A stretch of 57,118 bases of DNA from an uncultured bacterium (GTDB lineage Bacteria; JAJVIF01; JAPKYR01): positions 1 through 57,118 of the forward strand of contig CBDURU010000008.1 of NCBI GenBank assembly GCA_965369865.1, written 5' to 3'. The position numbers and the translations under genes were made by a program. Under the pieces are notes generated by a model, which saw only the letters and a program-made list of their open reading frames with translations, was not told where the DNA came from and did not search any database. Below are positions 10,519 to 20,615 of this stretch, one piece after another. The stretch's first letter is position 1, and each line of letters starts with the position of its first letter.

Positions 10519-10992
10519 ATGGGAATAATTTCTGCTCCACCGAGGACCTGCCATAATTTTGGTAAACGATCATTTATCAGGAATTAATACAAGGAATAAA
10601 GCAAATTATATGGAATGAATAATGCATTAATATTAATGAAAGAAGGAAGGAAATAAACGGCTAAGCCACAAGACCAGAAATCATACGGGTTATGAGGTGC
10701 AGGATTGAATCGATCTGAAAGACATTTTGTCCGGTTTTAACAAATTGAGGGACAAAAAATCCTCACAGGAAATTAAGGCCGCAAAGGTTCCATTAGCGGA
10801 CAAATATTCCGCTGAAAATATTAAAGACGAATATTAATCATTAGATCGCAAAAAGTTTTACATACAGTGTTTGGCGCTTATAAAGGGACATTCAGACGTT
10901 TGAAAAAATATTTTAACGTTATAAACCTGTTTTTTTCGTATTTGGAATCTATTGTGCAATTAAAGCGTCGAAAGAAGGTTTATAGGATACAA

Positions 10993-11496
10993 ATGACAGG
11001 AAGGACCGAAGGAATATCTAACCCGCAAATGTATATGGCCGTGAGGCTCGGCGAACGACGGTTCGCCTGTGATCTCAACCATGTGCAGGAGGTGCAGCTT
11101 TACCCGCATACCGGGGCGTCCAGCATTGATACAAATTGCATGGTATTAACGCTGGAAACCTCAAGGGGCAGCATACCGGTTATTGATCTTCTGGGACGTC
11201 CTGTGGTTCCAGATTCCCCTGGTGACAGAATCCTGGTCATCCTTAGCTGTACGAGTTCTCCAATCGGAATAATTGCGGATGAACTCCTGGATAACATTGA
11301 GTTTGACACCTCGTCGGTTCTTCCACTCCCCGGGGGGGCAAACGGAATTGAGAATAAATATTTAAAAGGAATAGTAGAGCTTAATGAAGGTACATACTAT
11401 CTCATTAACCTGGAACATGTCGCCTCATCCTGGCTGGTAAGGAAGGATCACGCCAGGTCCGGCAATTCGGTTTCGGTAGGAGATGAGAAGAAATAA
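10993..11496 (+). CDS. CheW-like domain protein
   Basis: RGSIPVIDL, IGIIADEL, YLKGIV...YLINLE; start probably ATG 10993. Confidence 0.8.
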   Translation: MTGRTEGISNPQMYMAVRLGERRFACDLNHVQEVQLYPHTGASSIDTNCMVLTLETSRGSIPVIDLLGRPVVPDSPGDRILVILSCTSSPIGIIADELLDNIEFDTSSVLPLPGGANGIENKYLKGIVELNEGTYYLINLEHVASSWLVRKDHARSGNSVSVGDEKK

Positions 11497-11536
11497 AAAT
11501 ATAATCACCAATCAGAGAGACTATGGAGGCGCAAGT

Positions 11537-11755
11537 ATGAATTATCTTAGAGACTACCGAGTAAGGAAGCTTATGACCCAGAAAGAGCTGGCAAAGGTAA
11601 GTGGAGTAAGCCAGGTCACGATCAGCTTCATCGAGAACCAGCTTTCCGAGCCGATGGAACTCACCAAGCAGAAACTATCGCGAGCCCTTAAAATTGCCCC
11701 GGAGAAGCTGTTCCCGCCGAAGACTCGCAGGCGTGAACATCGAATGGAAGTCTGA
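11537..11755 (+). CDS. XRE-family helix-turn-helix regulator
   Basis: LRDYR..KLMTQKELAKVSGVSQVTISFIEN; GGAGG before ATG 11537. Confidence 0.9.
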   Translation: MNYLRDYRVRKLMTQKELAKVSGVSQVTISFIENQLSEPMELTKQKLSRALKIAPEKLFPPKTRRREHRMEV

Positions 11756-11795
11756 TTAAAAAAAAGCCTGATGGGCAGTATAAAATCTTTTTTGC

Positions 11796-11928
11796 TCGTG
11801 TTTCACAGACAAGAGGAGAGAAGGACTGAATAAGATTGAAGCATCAACACCAGACAGGGAGAATTTATAAATAATTTCTACCTGGCAGGAGTTGTGCTAA
11901 AGGGTGGTCCTTCCTGAAATTATCACGA
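11796..11928 (+). ncRNA. candidate rod-shaped structured RNA
   Basis: Nested complementary blocks TCGTG/CACGA, TTTCA/TGAAA, GAAGGAC/GTCCTTC, AGCATCAAC/GTTGTGCT, CCAG/CTGG. Confidence 0.3.
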
Positions 11929-11936
11929 CTCGTGAA

Positions 11937-11963
11937 CTGTCCCGGTTATCCGGGACAGGTTTC
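11937..11963 (+). terminator. GC-rich hairpin, probable terminator
   Basis: Perfect 9-bp stem CTGTCCCGG-TTAT-CCGGGACAG followed by GTTTC. Confidence 0.55.
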
Positions 11964-12170
11964 ATTTCAGGCCTTGCACCTTAACGAAAATGCAATGAAC
12001 TCATTATCGGGTTGAGGTGTCATCCTTATGTTCGGCGGCATTACAGGAATAATTGGCGCAGGATTTCCTGTTCAATATTAAACATTGTTCTGGAAACGAA
12101 TCCACGATTTGCGCTATACTGTTTTACTGAAAAAACCCAACGTCAAGTTCTTAAGCATTAGAGGGTAAAT

Positions 12171-13253
12171 ATGAGAATCAAGCTGATAAATTTGATCTTA
12201 GTAATCGGAATCCTTATGTTGCTGTTTATACCATCATGTAAGGATAAAGAACCGGTAGAGGAAGCTGACCCTCTTGCGGGAGCGGACCTGCCGACCGGGA
12301 CAGCCGACCTTATCGAACTCCTGAAAGAGCCTTACCAGGCCAGCTTAAACGAGATTATGGACAGGCTGGCTGAAAAAGGAACCGACGCCGTACCGGCTTT
12401 AATTGAGCTTCTCGGTGAAAGAGGGTCCCCACAAATCAACGCGATCAATACTCTTGCACGTATTGGTGCTCCAGCAGTTTCAGACCTGATAATTGCACTG
12501 GACTCGGCTGAATTACAGGTCGTGTATGGGGCAGCCAGGGCGTTGGGGGAGATTGGGCCGGACGCGGAACCTGCCGTTGAAAAGCTCCAGGATATTTTCA
12601 GTTCCACTCTTAAGACCGGCCAGATAATCATAATGCATGCGCTGGTGAAAATTACCGATAAACCGGATATAATCGCTATGATCCGTGCCGGGCTTATGGT
12701 GGAGGACCTTCGTTTCGATGCACTCAGGGTATTAGAGGAATATGGTCCGGCAGCGGCCTCGTCGGTACCTGTAATTCTTCAATACCTCGAAGTCCAGGGA
12801 AGCTCAGCAAGGATTCAGACGATCAAGACACTCCAGGCTATCGGTCCGGAGGAAGGTGTAGTAGAAGGGATCGCCAACCGTCTCCAGGACCCGGACATAC
12901 TCGTAATCGATGCGGCGACAAAGGCGCTTGGGGAATTTGGGATTGCCGGAGTGGCTGCAACGGGTGCATTTATCGAGGCTGTTGAAACTGTGGAACCGAA
13001 TTTGCAAAGGGGTATGCTTCATACGCTTGGCCTGTTTGCCCCCGAGGGAAGAGATGCAATACCGACATTGATTGAATACCTCGGCTCCGAAGATCCCCAG
13101 GTTCGAAGGGAAGCCGCGTGGGCACTTGGGCAATACGGAAGTGATGCATCCAGCGGTCTGGCAGCGTTAAGAGCGCTCGTGGAATCGGATGAATTTGATT
13201 ATGTTCGGACCACCGCTACCGGAGCGATCGAATTAATAGAAGGAATCAATTAA
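12171..13253 (+). CDS. HEAT/PBS-lyase repeat lipoprotein
   Basis: Lipobox-like IPSC; repeated AVPALIELL, AARALGEIG, VRREAAWALG units. Confidence 0.85.
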   Translation: MRIKLINLILVIGILMLLFIPSCKDKEPVEEADPLAGADLPTGTADLIELLKEPYQASLNEIMDRLAEKGTDAVPALIELLGERGSPQINAINTLARIGAPAVSDLIIALDSAELQVVYGAARALGEIGPDAEPAVEKLQDIFSSTLKTGQIIIMHALVKITDKPDIIAMIRAGLMVEDLRFDALRVLEEYGPAAASSVPVILQYLEVQGSSARIQTIKTLQAIGPEEGVVEGIANRLQDPDILVIDAATKALGEFGIAGVAATGAFIEAVETVEPNLQRGMLHTLGLFAPEGRDAIPTLIEYLGSEDPQVRREAAWALGQYGSDASSGLAALRALVESDEFDYVRTTATGAIELIEGIN

Positions 13254-13364
13254 AGCTTGAAAAATATTCTCGCGGTCGATGTCTGATCGGATAGGAAAAT
13301 TTAGAGTAAACTACGATAAAATGGGGATGATTACCGGCCCCCTTAGTATTCCAGAGGTGAATTA

Positions 13365-13919
13365 ATGAGACTGACAGTAATTCTTTTTATTTTTGGTTTG
13401 ATCATAGTCCTCCCGGCAGCTCTGTTTGCCCAGAACGATACTGAACCGGTTGAGTGGCGGAACTTTACTTTCGATCTTGAAAATCTGGAGGGAGACGACC
13501 TGACCGAGGACGATGTTTTTACTGATGGGTCCCTTTATCTCGTCGATTTCTGGGCAAGCTGGTGTCGTCCGTGCAGCCAGTATCTCCCGCACCTTGAAGA
13601 TATGGTCGGGGAATACGGTGACCGGGGTTTCAAGGTGGTTATTTTCTGTACAGATAGTGCCGGGACAATCTCAACCGCACTTGCGGCACTACGAGCCGAG
13701 GATTACTCATTTACAATACTTTTCGATACGGAAGAGGATGTACAGGACGATCTTGGGGTTCGACGAATCCCCACAACAATTCTTTTCACGGCATCCGGCG
13801 AAGAAATCTGGCGGCATGTGGGGTATTCATCGGGTGACGAAGAAGAAGTCCGTGAGCATATCGAAGAAAATCTCCCCGATTTTGAATCAGAGGATGTAGA
13901 AGAAGAGACTGAGGAATAA
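13365..13919 (+). CDS. TlpA-family thiol-disulfide oxidoreductase
   Basis: Signal peptide, DFWASWCRPC, cis-Pro motif RIPTT. Confidence 0.9.
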   Translation: MRLTVILFIFGLIIVLPAALFAQNDTEPVEWRNFTFDLENLEGDDLTEDDVFTDGSLYLVDFWASWCRPCSQYLPHLEDMVGEYGDRGFKVVIFCTDSAGTISTALAALRAEDYSFTILFDTEEDVQDDLGVRRIPTTILFTASGEEIWRHVGYSSGDEEEVREHIEENLPDFESEDVEEETEE

Positions 13920-14010
13920 TCAGGGGGTGAAATTTTAATTTAATTCTTGTTTTCTCCACAAAGAGATATTCTTTACATAAATTTCACTCATTACTTTTTT
14001 TTTTTACTAA

Positions 14011-15204
14011 TCAATCAAAATCAAGTTCAACTTCTACAACATCAAATGCTGGATAAGAGAGGGGTTTAAGGGGACCGGATTTCTCGTGAACCTCATACGC
14101 GAGAAACTGGTATATACCACTCGGTTGTTTACTGAAAAGGTAACCTCCACAGCACCGTATATGTAACGGATCGGGTGAGTCACATGCAGCTGTTAATACA
14201 CCCCCTTTACAAATCTCAAAATATTCCCCCCAGGCGCCGGCCATCCGAGCGTCTTGATACGCATCTGGAAGCACGTACCATAAATCAAGTTCCACCCTGC
14301 CCTCATAAATGGTTGCTCCTGTCTTATTGCAACATTGCGGGTGAGTTATGACCTCGCCATCGTTATAAATGAGCTTGAATCTGTACATCTCAGGCTGGTT
14401 GGCTGTGATCGGGAAATCATCGACAGGATTCGTCACCGGCATTACAGTCGGTATTTCCCAACTGACATCGAGAGCGTATCCTGCCCTCCACGGTCCCGAT
14501 GGCAGCGAAATGTGAAACGTGTGTGACACAGTCGCTCCCGATTCCAGCATGTGACGTTCCTCGTTCGAATAGTAATTGAGGAAAGCGTTCATATTCGCTG
14601 TCGGGGTTCCCCCGAACGCGTATTTCCCTTCCCAGTAATTGAAGATCGGTTGGGGAAGCCCGGAATCGTAGTCCGGACACCAGTAGTACGTGTATCCATC
14701 CGCGTTGAGAATTTCCGGATCGCCCATAAGCCGCCATGACAACCGGTAATCGAGCGGATATAGCGGCATATGATTCATGTTGTCCGGAATCACATGCGAC
14801 CCCTGGAACATCAAAATCAGTTTCGGATCGAACGCCGTCAACTCAAGGTGACCGGGATACGGATGAGTAATTTGCATAGTGAGATTAATTGTGCCGTCGT
14901 AATTGTCCTGAAGACCGGTGATTAGAACACAGTTATCGCCTGACTCCTCGAAAAATCTCAAGACATTGAGATGGATTCCCCCCATGCGAAATGGAACCAA
15001 TTCGACGCTGTCGTGGTCGGAACTGAAATACAGGTTTCCTGCCGCCCAGAGTTTATGCGGGTTATGAAAAGAAATTTCACGCCCCGTCGTGGTCTCCAAA
15101 TCCCCACTTGTTGATGGATCATCGGAAACCCCTGGCATAGCGGGATTCCCGGCACAGCCGAATACCAAGACAGCCATTAAACAGATCATAAGATAAGTCT
15201 TCAA
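14011..15204 (-). CDS. uncharacterised lipoprotein (lineage-specific family)
   Basis: AAAGGAGG before TTG, lipobox VFGC, motifs shared with 21853-23922, Cys-rich C-terminus. Confidence 0.75.
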   Translation of the reverse strand: MKTYLMICLMAVLVFGCAGNPAMPGVSDDPSTSGDLETTTGREISFHNPHKLWAAGNLYFSSDHDSVELVPFRMGGIHLNVLRFFEESGDNCVLITGLQDNYDGTINLTMQITHPYPGHLELTAFDPKLILMFQGSHVIPDNMNHMPLYPLDYRLSWRLMGDPEILNADGYTYYWCPDYDSGLPQPIFNYWEGKYAFGGTPTANMNAFLNYYSNEERHMLESGATVSHTFHISLPSGPWRAGYALDVSWEIPTVMPVTNPVDDFPITANQPEMYRFKLIYNDGEVITHPQCCNKTGATIYEGRVELDLWYVLPDAYQDARMAGAWGEYFEICKGGVLTAACDSPDPLHIRCCGGYLFSKQPSGIYQFLAYEVHEKSGPLKPLSYPAFDVVEVELDFD

Positions 15205-15485
15205 AAAAACCGCCTCCTTTATTGTGGATAAGCCTATGTACCCCCTATCCGCGCACCATTACAAATTATTGTCAGGGTTTTTAGTAGAAACCCTTGCTAC
15301 CCGGCACATCTATAACTTAATTATTACCATGTGTATTGAGTTATGTCAAATATCCACCCAAGTATTTTTATTCGCAACAAATCCAAATTTCATGTATTAT
15401 TGGCGCTTTCACGGGCGTCCGGATAGTGTAATGCCCGAATATTTTTTCTCAAGGAATTAGCCATAGATTGAATCGGAGGATTCAA

Positions 15486-16988
15486 ATGAATCGCTGTTTT
15501 TTTCATGCGGTACTGATTATTCTTTTAACCACGATATTTTTCATACTCCCGGGCCAGACTCGTGCTGAGAGCGTTATGGATCGGTACTTTTCAGGCGGTC
15601 ATATCAGTTTTGGGCTGTTGGAAGATGAAATCACCGGTACATCCAAGTTTGAAGCCGAACTTGAGTTGCGATTCCGGCAGGATGGTTTCTCAGCTTTTAT
15701 CAGGGGATCGAATAACAGGCCATTCGCGTTCCACACCGACCGGTTCAGGCTCCAGAAAAGAGGTTTCAATTACGAACTGAATGATGACTGGGAGATTTCC
15801 GGAGGGGATTACTCGATAATTATCGCGCGTGGTGCTGCACTGAACGGCGTGGAGGACCGGGGAATTGACCGGGATGCCCAGCTTGATGGTGCCAGGATAG
15901 ATGGTGATTTGGGCTTTGGAGACCTTACACTTTTCTGGGGGACACATAAGTCGGACCGCATGGATTACTACCTCAGCGGAGTGAACAGCAATCCCCGGCT
16001 TGAATCGGATGAGTTATGGGGTGGACGGCTTGAATTGGATTTCGATGACCTGGATATCGGCATAAGCTATATCGATGCAACAACCAGTGGTTTCATGGAG
16101 CGGGAATCAACCGTCATGACGGAGTTCGATATTTCATGGAGGCACGATAATTTCGATCTGTATTACGAGACAGTGTTTTTTGAACGCTTTCAGCCCGAAG
16201 GTGTGGATGAGTCAACGGACGGGCGGGCACATCTCGCTGAAGTAATTTACTCCGAAAGGGGATTCGCACTCGCGGGGTCCTGGGTACGCTACGATCTTGC
16301 TGATTTTGACTATGGAACCGCGCCATCACTTCGAAGATCCGATATCGATTCGTCCGATGCGAAGGCCGATGATGAAACAGGATACCGGTTCGACATGCGT
16401 CTTAATCCTGATTCCTGGAATGGAAATTCAATTCGCCTTCTGTACTCCAACCTCAAGGGTATCCATGATGAGGTCCGTGAATTTGAAAATTATTTTATCG
16501 AATGGTCATCCTCATCGAGAGGCGACTGGATTGGTACGTTGAGCTATGACAGGATCGAAGGGACCCTGCAGTATTATGGGGCAGTACCCGGTACCCAGCA
16601 GGATATCAGGGGCACCGTTGAGGGTCCAATTCCTGGATGGGGGAGTTTCCACCTGTTCGGACGATACACGAATCTGAAAAATGATTATGGGGCAGACGAC
16701 GAGCTGGAGCTGGGACTGGACTGGAATGTCACTCCGGAATTCACGGTTGGAATTTTCAGGGAGATATCAACCCGCGAGGATGAACCGCCGCCTCCCGGGA
16801 TTTCTGGAATTCCGCTTGAGTCGCCAGGTGAATGGAACTCGGCATTCGTAAGCTGGGCACCGAATCCATGGACCGAGATCGAATTTAAAATCGGTTCGCA
16901 CCGTGGCGGATTCCAGTGTTCAGGCGGTGTTTGTGCTCAATATCCACCATTTAAGGGAGTACAATTCACGTATTACAGGTACTTCTAA
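15486..16988 (+). CDS. outer-membrane beta-barrel protein, DUF6029-like
   Basis: Signal peptide, amphipathic strands, C-terminal RGGFQCSGGVCAQYPPFKG, terminal Phe; GGAGG before ATG 15486. Confidence 0.7.
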   Translation: MNRCFFHAVLIILLTTIFFILPGQTRAESVMDRYFSGGHISFGLLEDEITGTSKFEAELELRFRQDGFSAFIRGSNNRPFAFHTDRFRLQKRGFNYELNDDWEISGGDYSIIIARGAALNGVEDRGIDRDAQLDGARIDGDLGFGDLTLFWGTHKSDRMDYYLSGVNSNPRLESDELWGGRLELDFDDLDIGISYIDATTSGFMERESTVMTEFDISWRHDNFDLYYETVFFERFQPEGVDESTDGRAHLAEVIYSERGFALAGSWVRYDLADFDYGTAPSLRRSDIDSSDAKADDETGYRFDMRLNPDSWNGNSIRLLYSNLKGIHDEVREFENYFIEWSSSSRGDWIGTLSYDRIEGTLQYYGAVPGTQQDIRGTVEGPIPGWGSFHLFGRYTNLKNDYGADDELELGLDWNVTPEFTVGIFREISTREDEPPPPGISGIPLESPGEWNSAFVSWAPNPWTEIEFKIGSHRGGFQCSGGVCAQYPPFKGVQFTYYRYF

Positions 16989-17004
16989 GACTGTCTTATA
17001 CCAA

Positions 17005-17119
17005 TCTTAGTTTCAGGGACGCCTTTCCATGCTGCCAGCGTTGAAGGTGTCCCGTGTAACTAAGAATTCATGGGGACACTTTCAACGCTGGCAGCATGGA
17101 AAAGCGTCCCCATGAATTC
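17005..17119. repeat. paired REP-like elements (REPIN-like)
   Basis: 38-bp units 17016-17053 and 17073-17110 in inverted orientation (36/38 match); each unit has its own short flanking inverted repeat. Confidence 0.85.
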
Positions 17120-17164
17120 AAAGCGTATTAAAAGGCTGGAACCAGCCTGAGAAAGGACTCATCT

Positions 17165-17575
17165 GTGGGTGATCCTGAAAACCGGGACATGATTCTTGCG
17201 ATCGATCCGGGGATCGATAAATTCGGCCTGGCTGTTCTCGATTTATCCGGTGGAATTATCGATAAGAAGGTAATCCTGAAAGAGAAATTCTCGCAGGAGA
17301 TCTCTGTGATGTTAAACAGATATAATCCCGGAGCCCTGATTACAGGTGATGGAACCGGCTCAGACTGGGCTTACGGTATTTTGTCGGCACTGGGTAAAGG
17401 GAAGGTTGTCAGGGTAGATGAAAAAAAATCGACATTGGATGCTAGGGAACTCGCATGGAGTGAAAATCCACCCGGTGGAATATGGAAATTGATCCCAAAA
17501 TTTTTTTGGCCGACCCCACCGGATCTTGATGCGTGGGCAGCGGTTGTGATCGGTCGCAGGGCATTGAAAAAGTAA
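17165..17575 (+). CDS. YqgF/RuvX-like RNase H-fold nuclease
   Basis: ILAIDPG..KFGLAV, GDGTGS, VDEKKST, DAWAAVVI. Confidence 0.85.
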   Translation: MGDPENRDMILAIDPGIDKFGLAVLDLSGGIIDKKVILKEKFSQEISVMLNRYNPGALITGDGTGSDWAYGILSALGKGKVVRVDEKKSTLDARELAWSENPPGGIWKLIPKFFWPTPPDLDAWAAVVIGRRALKK

Positions 17576-17609
17576 AACCCGGTTATATCAATTCTCAATT
17601 CTCAATAAA

Positions 17610-18689
17610 TTATCGGGAAATCCCTTGAATCAGCTCTAACAGCTTATCCGCTGCACGTTGTGTATCGTCAAGTATTGAGAAATTCGATTCTCCTGACAGC
17701 ATTTTCAGGAGGATTTCGTTCAGTGATTCGGGATCGCTGGCAAGTGATCCATACCCGGCTTTGAATAAACCCTCCACCATTCGGTCCTGTTTTGTAACAT
17801 TGCGTCCACCTGTTTTCGATGCCCTGAACACCAGTGGACCTTTTCCGGCAGTAGCAGCTTCCGCGATCATGCTGACCGAGTCGGAAGTCACGATCGCGAG
17901 TTTCGACCTGGCGAACATGGCGTAGAGTGGATTTCGCTGATCCCTGTGCCAGAGTAGGAGCCATGATAATGATGGATATTTATTGGCAAGATTTTCGATT
18001 TGGCTTTCAAGTTCAACAGGAGTCCGACGCGCGGTGGATAACCACACCTTCCAGCCGTTTGTCCCGGCCCATTCGAGAGTTCTTTCAAGACCTTTCAGTA
18101 CATGAGTGCTATCAAATGCGGCACTCGAAGATGGTCCGCCGATGATCCAGGAAATAACTTTGATATCTTCCATCGGGAATTCACCCGACCAGGCATCCAT
18201 TTCAGTTTTAAGTTTTTCAGGTGTAACGCGATTCGGGGCTGCAAGGGTTTTCAGGATGTTCTGATCATCTGGAGGGTTATCATGTTCCGGGATAACCGCA
18301 AGGTCGAACATTTTAAGCGGTAGAAAGCTTGGACGCATACAGACACATGTAACGGCACCGGCGAGGTATCCGGCGACCAGGCATGGCCCTGCCGACAGGG
18401 TTCCTGCCGAGATAATGGCTTTTGGATTGTGGTCTTTCAGCCTCCGAATTTCATTTTCAGTAAAGATTTTCCTGAGAAAATTTTCAGGATTTGATTTCGG
18501 ACCGCTCAGAAACCGTACCCTGCATCGGAGGATTGCTTCCGGTAAACCCTCCTTCAAATTGTGTTTTAATAAAAGGATGTCAGGATTCGGCAGGTTTTCA
18601 GCGATCCCGAGGCTCTGGTTTTCATGACCTGGCTTACCGTCGGATATCGCCACAACAGGAATCGGCCTATTATATTCTGAAGAACCCAC
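17610..18689 (-). CDS. ELM1/GtrOC1-family putative glycosyltransferase
   Basis: SDGKPGHENQSLG, FDLAVIPEHD, STARRTP, VTSDSVSMIAEA. Confidence 0.9.
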   Translation of the reverse strand: MGSSEYNRPIPVVAISDGKPGHENQSLGIAENLPNPDILLLKHNLKEGLPEAILRCRVRFLSGPKSNPENFLRKIFTENEIRRLKDHNPKAIISAGTLSAGPCLVAGYLAGAVTCVCMRPSFLPLKMFDLAVIPEHDNPPDDQNILKTLAAPNRVTPEKLKTEMDAWSGEFPMEDIKVISWIIGGPSSSAAFDSTHVLKGLERTLEWAGTNGWKVWLSTARRTPVELESQIENLANKYPSLSWLLLWHRDQRNPLYAMFARSKLAIVTSDSVSMIAEAATAGKGPLVFRASKTGGRNVTKQDRMVEGLFKAGYGSLASDPESLNEILLKMLSGESNFSILDDTQRAADKLLELIQGISR

Positions 18690-18926
18690 GAGCGGGATTG
18701 TACCATGCCGAGAAACAGGGGTTAAGGAATTTCGAGCCAGTTAATATTTGATTATTTTTGTAATTTCCGGTATTTTTTTGAAATTCAAGGGTTCATTTTC
18801 AACCGATTTCGGGTTACATTAATCATAGAGATACGGTCCTACTTGAAGATTTCAGAGACCGTGTTATAGTTTTGATAGTAAACCAAGCCGGTTGCAGTTG
18901 ACAATTATCACCTTACGAGGTGCCGA

Positions 18927-20549
18927 ATGGTATTAAGTCGATCCGTAATTCCAGTAACTATACTCATCACAATCCTGGTCCTGATGTTTCCGGGGAGCGG
19001 AGCGAGGGCTTTTAATGAACAGCTCACGCAGCATCTGGCAAACAACGGGGCGATTCCGTTTACGACAAACGGGTTGATAATGGGCCAGGTGATAATCGAA
19101 TTTAATTCGTTCGCGGAAGCCCGTGCGGCACAGGCGGCGAACATAATTCCCGGAGTCACGTTCGACAGAGGAATGTCGACACGCCCTGTGGCCCGTTACA
19201 ACATCACTGACGGCAGCCTGCCATCGGATGTCATCACACGCCTGAGTGCCCTTTCAAATATTCGCGAGGTGTTCCCCAATTACAAACGATCGGCAGCGAA
19301 GATTCCAAACGATCCATATTTCCAGCTCCAGGAAGAAGATCTTCGCCTGGTCCGCCTGCCCGATGCATGGGATATTGAAACCGGTTCTGCGGATATCCTT
19401 GTAGGGGTAATCGACACCGGTGTAGACGAGACCCACCCCGACCTGATCCCGAACATGGTTTTTCCGGGAGTTAATGTACGGGAAGACTGGGAGCCTGATA
19501 GAGTCACAGATGACAGTGGGCATGGTACCGCGGTCTGCGGTGTTATCGGTGCTGTCGGGAACAATGGTTTGGGCGTTGTCGGCGCAAGCTGGGATGTACG
19601 CATGCTGGCGATTCGCGCGTGCGGCGGTCCTTTCCTCGACTGTGACTTGTTCGATGAAGTAGAAGGCATCGATGTTGCTCGCGAGCGTGGATGTGATGTT
19701 ATCAACCTGTCGATCGGCGGTGTTGGAACTATTTCGCTTGAGGAAAACGCCGTTAAGGCCGCATACGATGCGGGAATTGTAATAGTCGCCGCAGCCGGGA
19801 ACGCTGATCCGGGATGGTATTTTGAAAGTTCCGGCGACTGGGAAACGGATCGTCATTCGCTTTATTTCCCGGCGGCACTGCCTGAAGTTATCGGGGTCGG
19901 AGCGGTAGGCCCGGATGGTGAACCTGCAGATTTTTCAAATTATGGCGAGGATATTCTCAGCCTGATGGCCCCCGGAGTTGAGGTTGTTACTACTGTACCT
20001 GATTATGAATGTTACCTGTATACCGGTGAGGGTCCCCCATACGGGAAAGCCACGGGAACCAGTTTTTCAACACCGATGGTATCCGGTGTGGCGGCTTTAA
20101 TTCTCAGCCATTACCCGGGACTCACCCCTGACGAGGTCCGTGCCCGCCTTGAAAATACTGCAATTCCCATGGTCGGTCCGGACGCGGATTTCAACGGAAT
20201 TAATGATTATTACGGTTATGGAATCCTGAACGCGTTTGGTGCACTCTCACAGGCAGGCTCAACAGGGAACCAGTATTTAAAGGTTGGTGTGAGCAGGTCA
20301 CCGATATTTGCCGATGAATTAATAGTGATCGTTCAGAGTATTTCAATCCTGGATGAAGCTCCAATTGTACGATGGAGCACCCAGTCCGGCGATGCTTCCG
20401 GCAGTTTCCAGCTTAATGAAGTTACAACTCGTCCCGGGCTTTATATGGGCACGTTCCATCCAGGGGTCACCGGAACGATCAAGATATCGGTATCGGCGAT
20501 CTCCAATGGCGCTCCAGTGCCGCTGGTCAATGTGAATTACGTAATGTAA
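18927..20549 (+). CDS. secreted S8 subtilisin-like serine protease
   Basis: Triad VIDTG / HGTAVCG / GTSFSTP, AAAGN oxyanion motif, signal peptide. Confidence 0.95.
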   Translation: MVLSRSVIPVTILITILVLMFPGSGARAFNEQLTQHLANNGAIPFTTNGLIMGQVIIEFNSFAEARAAQAANIIPGVTFDRGMSTRPVARYNITDGSLPSDVITRLSALSNIREVFPNYKRSAAKIPNDPYFQLQEEDLRLVRLPDAWDIETGSADILVGVIDTGVDETHPDLIPNMVFPGVNVREDWEPDRVTDDSGHGTAVCGVIGAVGNNGLGVVGASWDVRMLAIRACGGPFLDCDLFDEVEGIDVARERGCDVINLSIGGVGTISLEENAVKAAYDAGIVIVAAAGNADPGWYFESSGDWETDRHSLYFPAALPEVIGVGAVGPDGEPADFSNYGEDILSLMAPGVEVVTTVPDYECYLYTGEGPPYGKATGTSFSTPMVSGVAALILSHYPGLTPDEVRARLENTAIPMVGPDADFNGINDYYGYGILNAFGALSQAGSTGNQYLKVGVSRSPIFADELIVIVQSISILDEAPIVRWSTQSGDASGSFQLNEVTTRPGLYMGTFHPGVTGTIKISVSAISNGAPVPLVNVNYVM

Positions 20550-20615
20550 GTGCATTTCAGGCCATAAATTTTGAAATAATTAACGTGTATTGAGATAACG
20601 AAAAGGACTTAACCA

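Noticed and set aside
11805..11930. Glycine or other known riboswitch
   Set aside because: GAGGAGAG is present, but the CCGAAG and CTCAGG core elements are missing.
15223..15460. DnaA box (TGTGGATAA at 15223) suggesting oriC, and the 78-aa ORF over it
   Set aside because: One perfect box plus weak look-alikes, and no dnaA nearby; the ORF spans a divergent promoter region and has no recognisable features.
17005..17119. Possible CRISPR array
   Set aside because: Only two units, in inverted orientation, with no spacer series and no cas genes; fits a REP pair.
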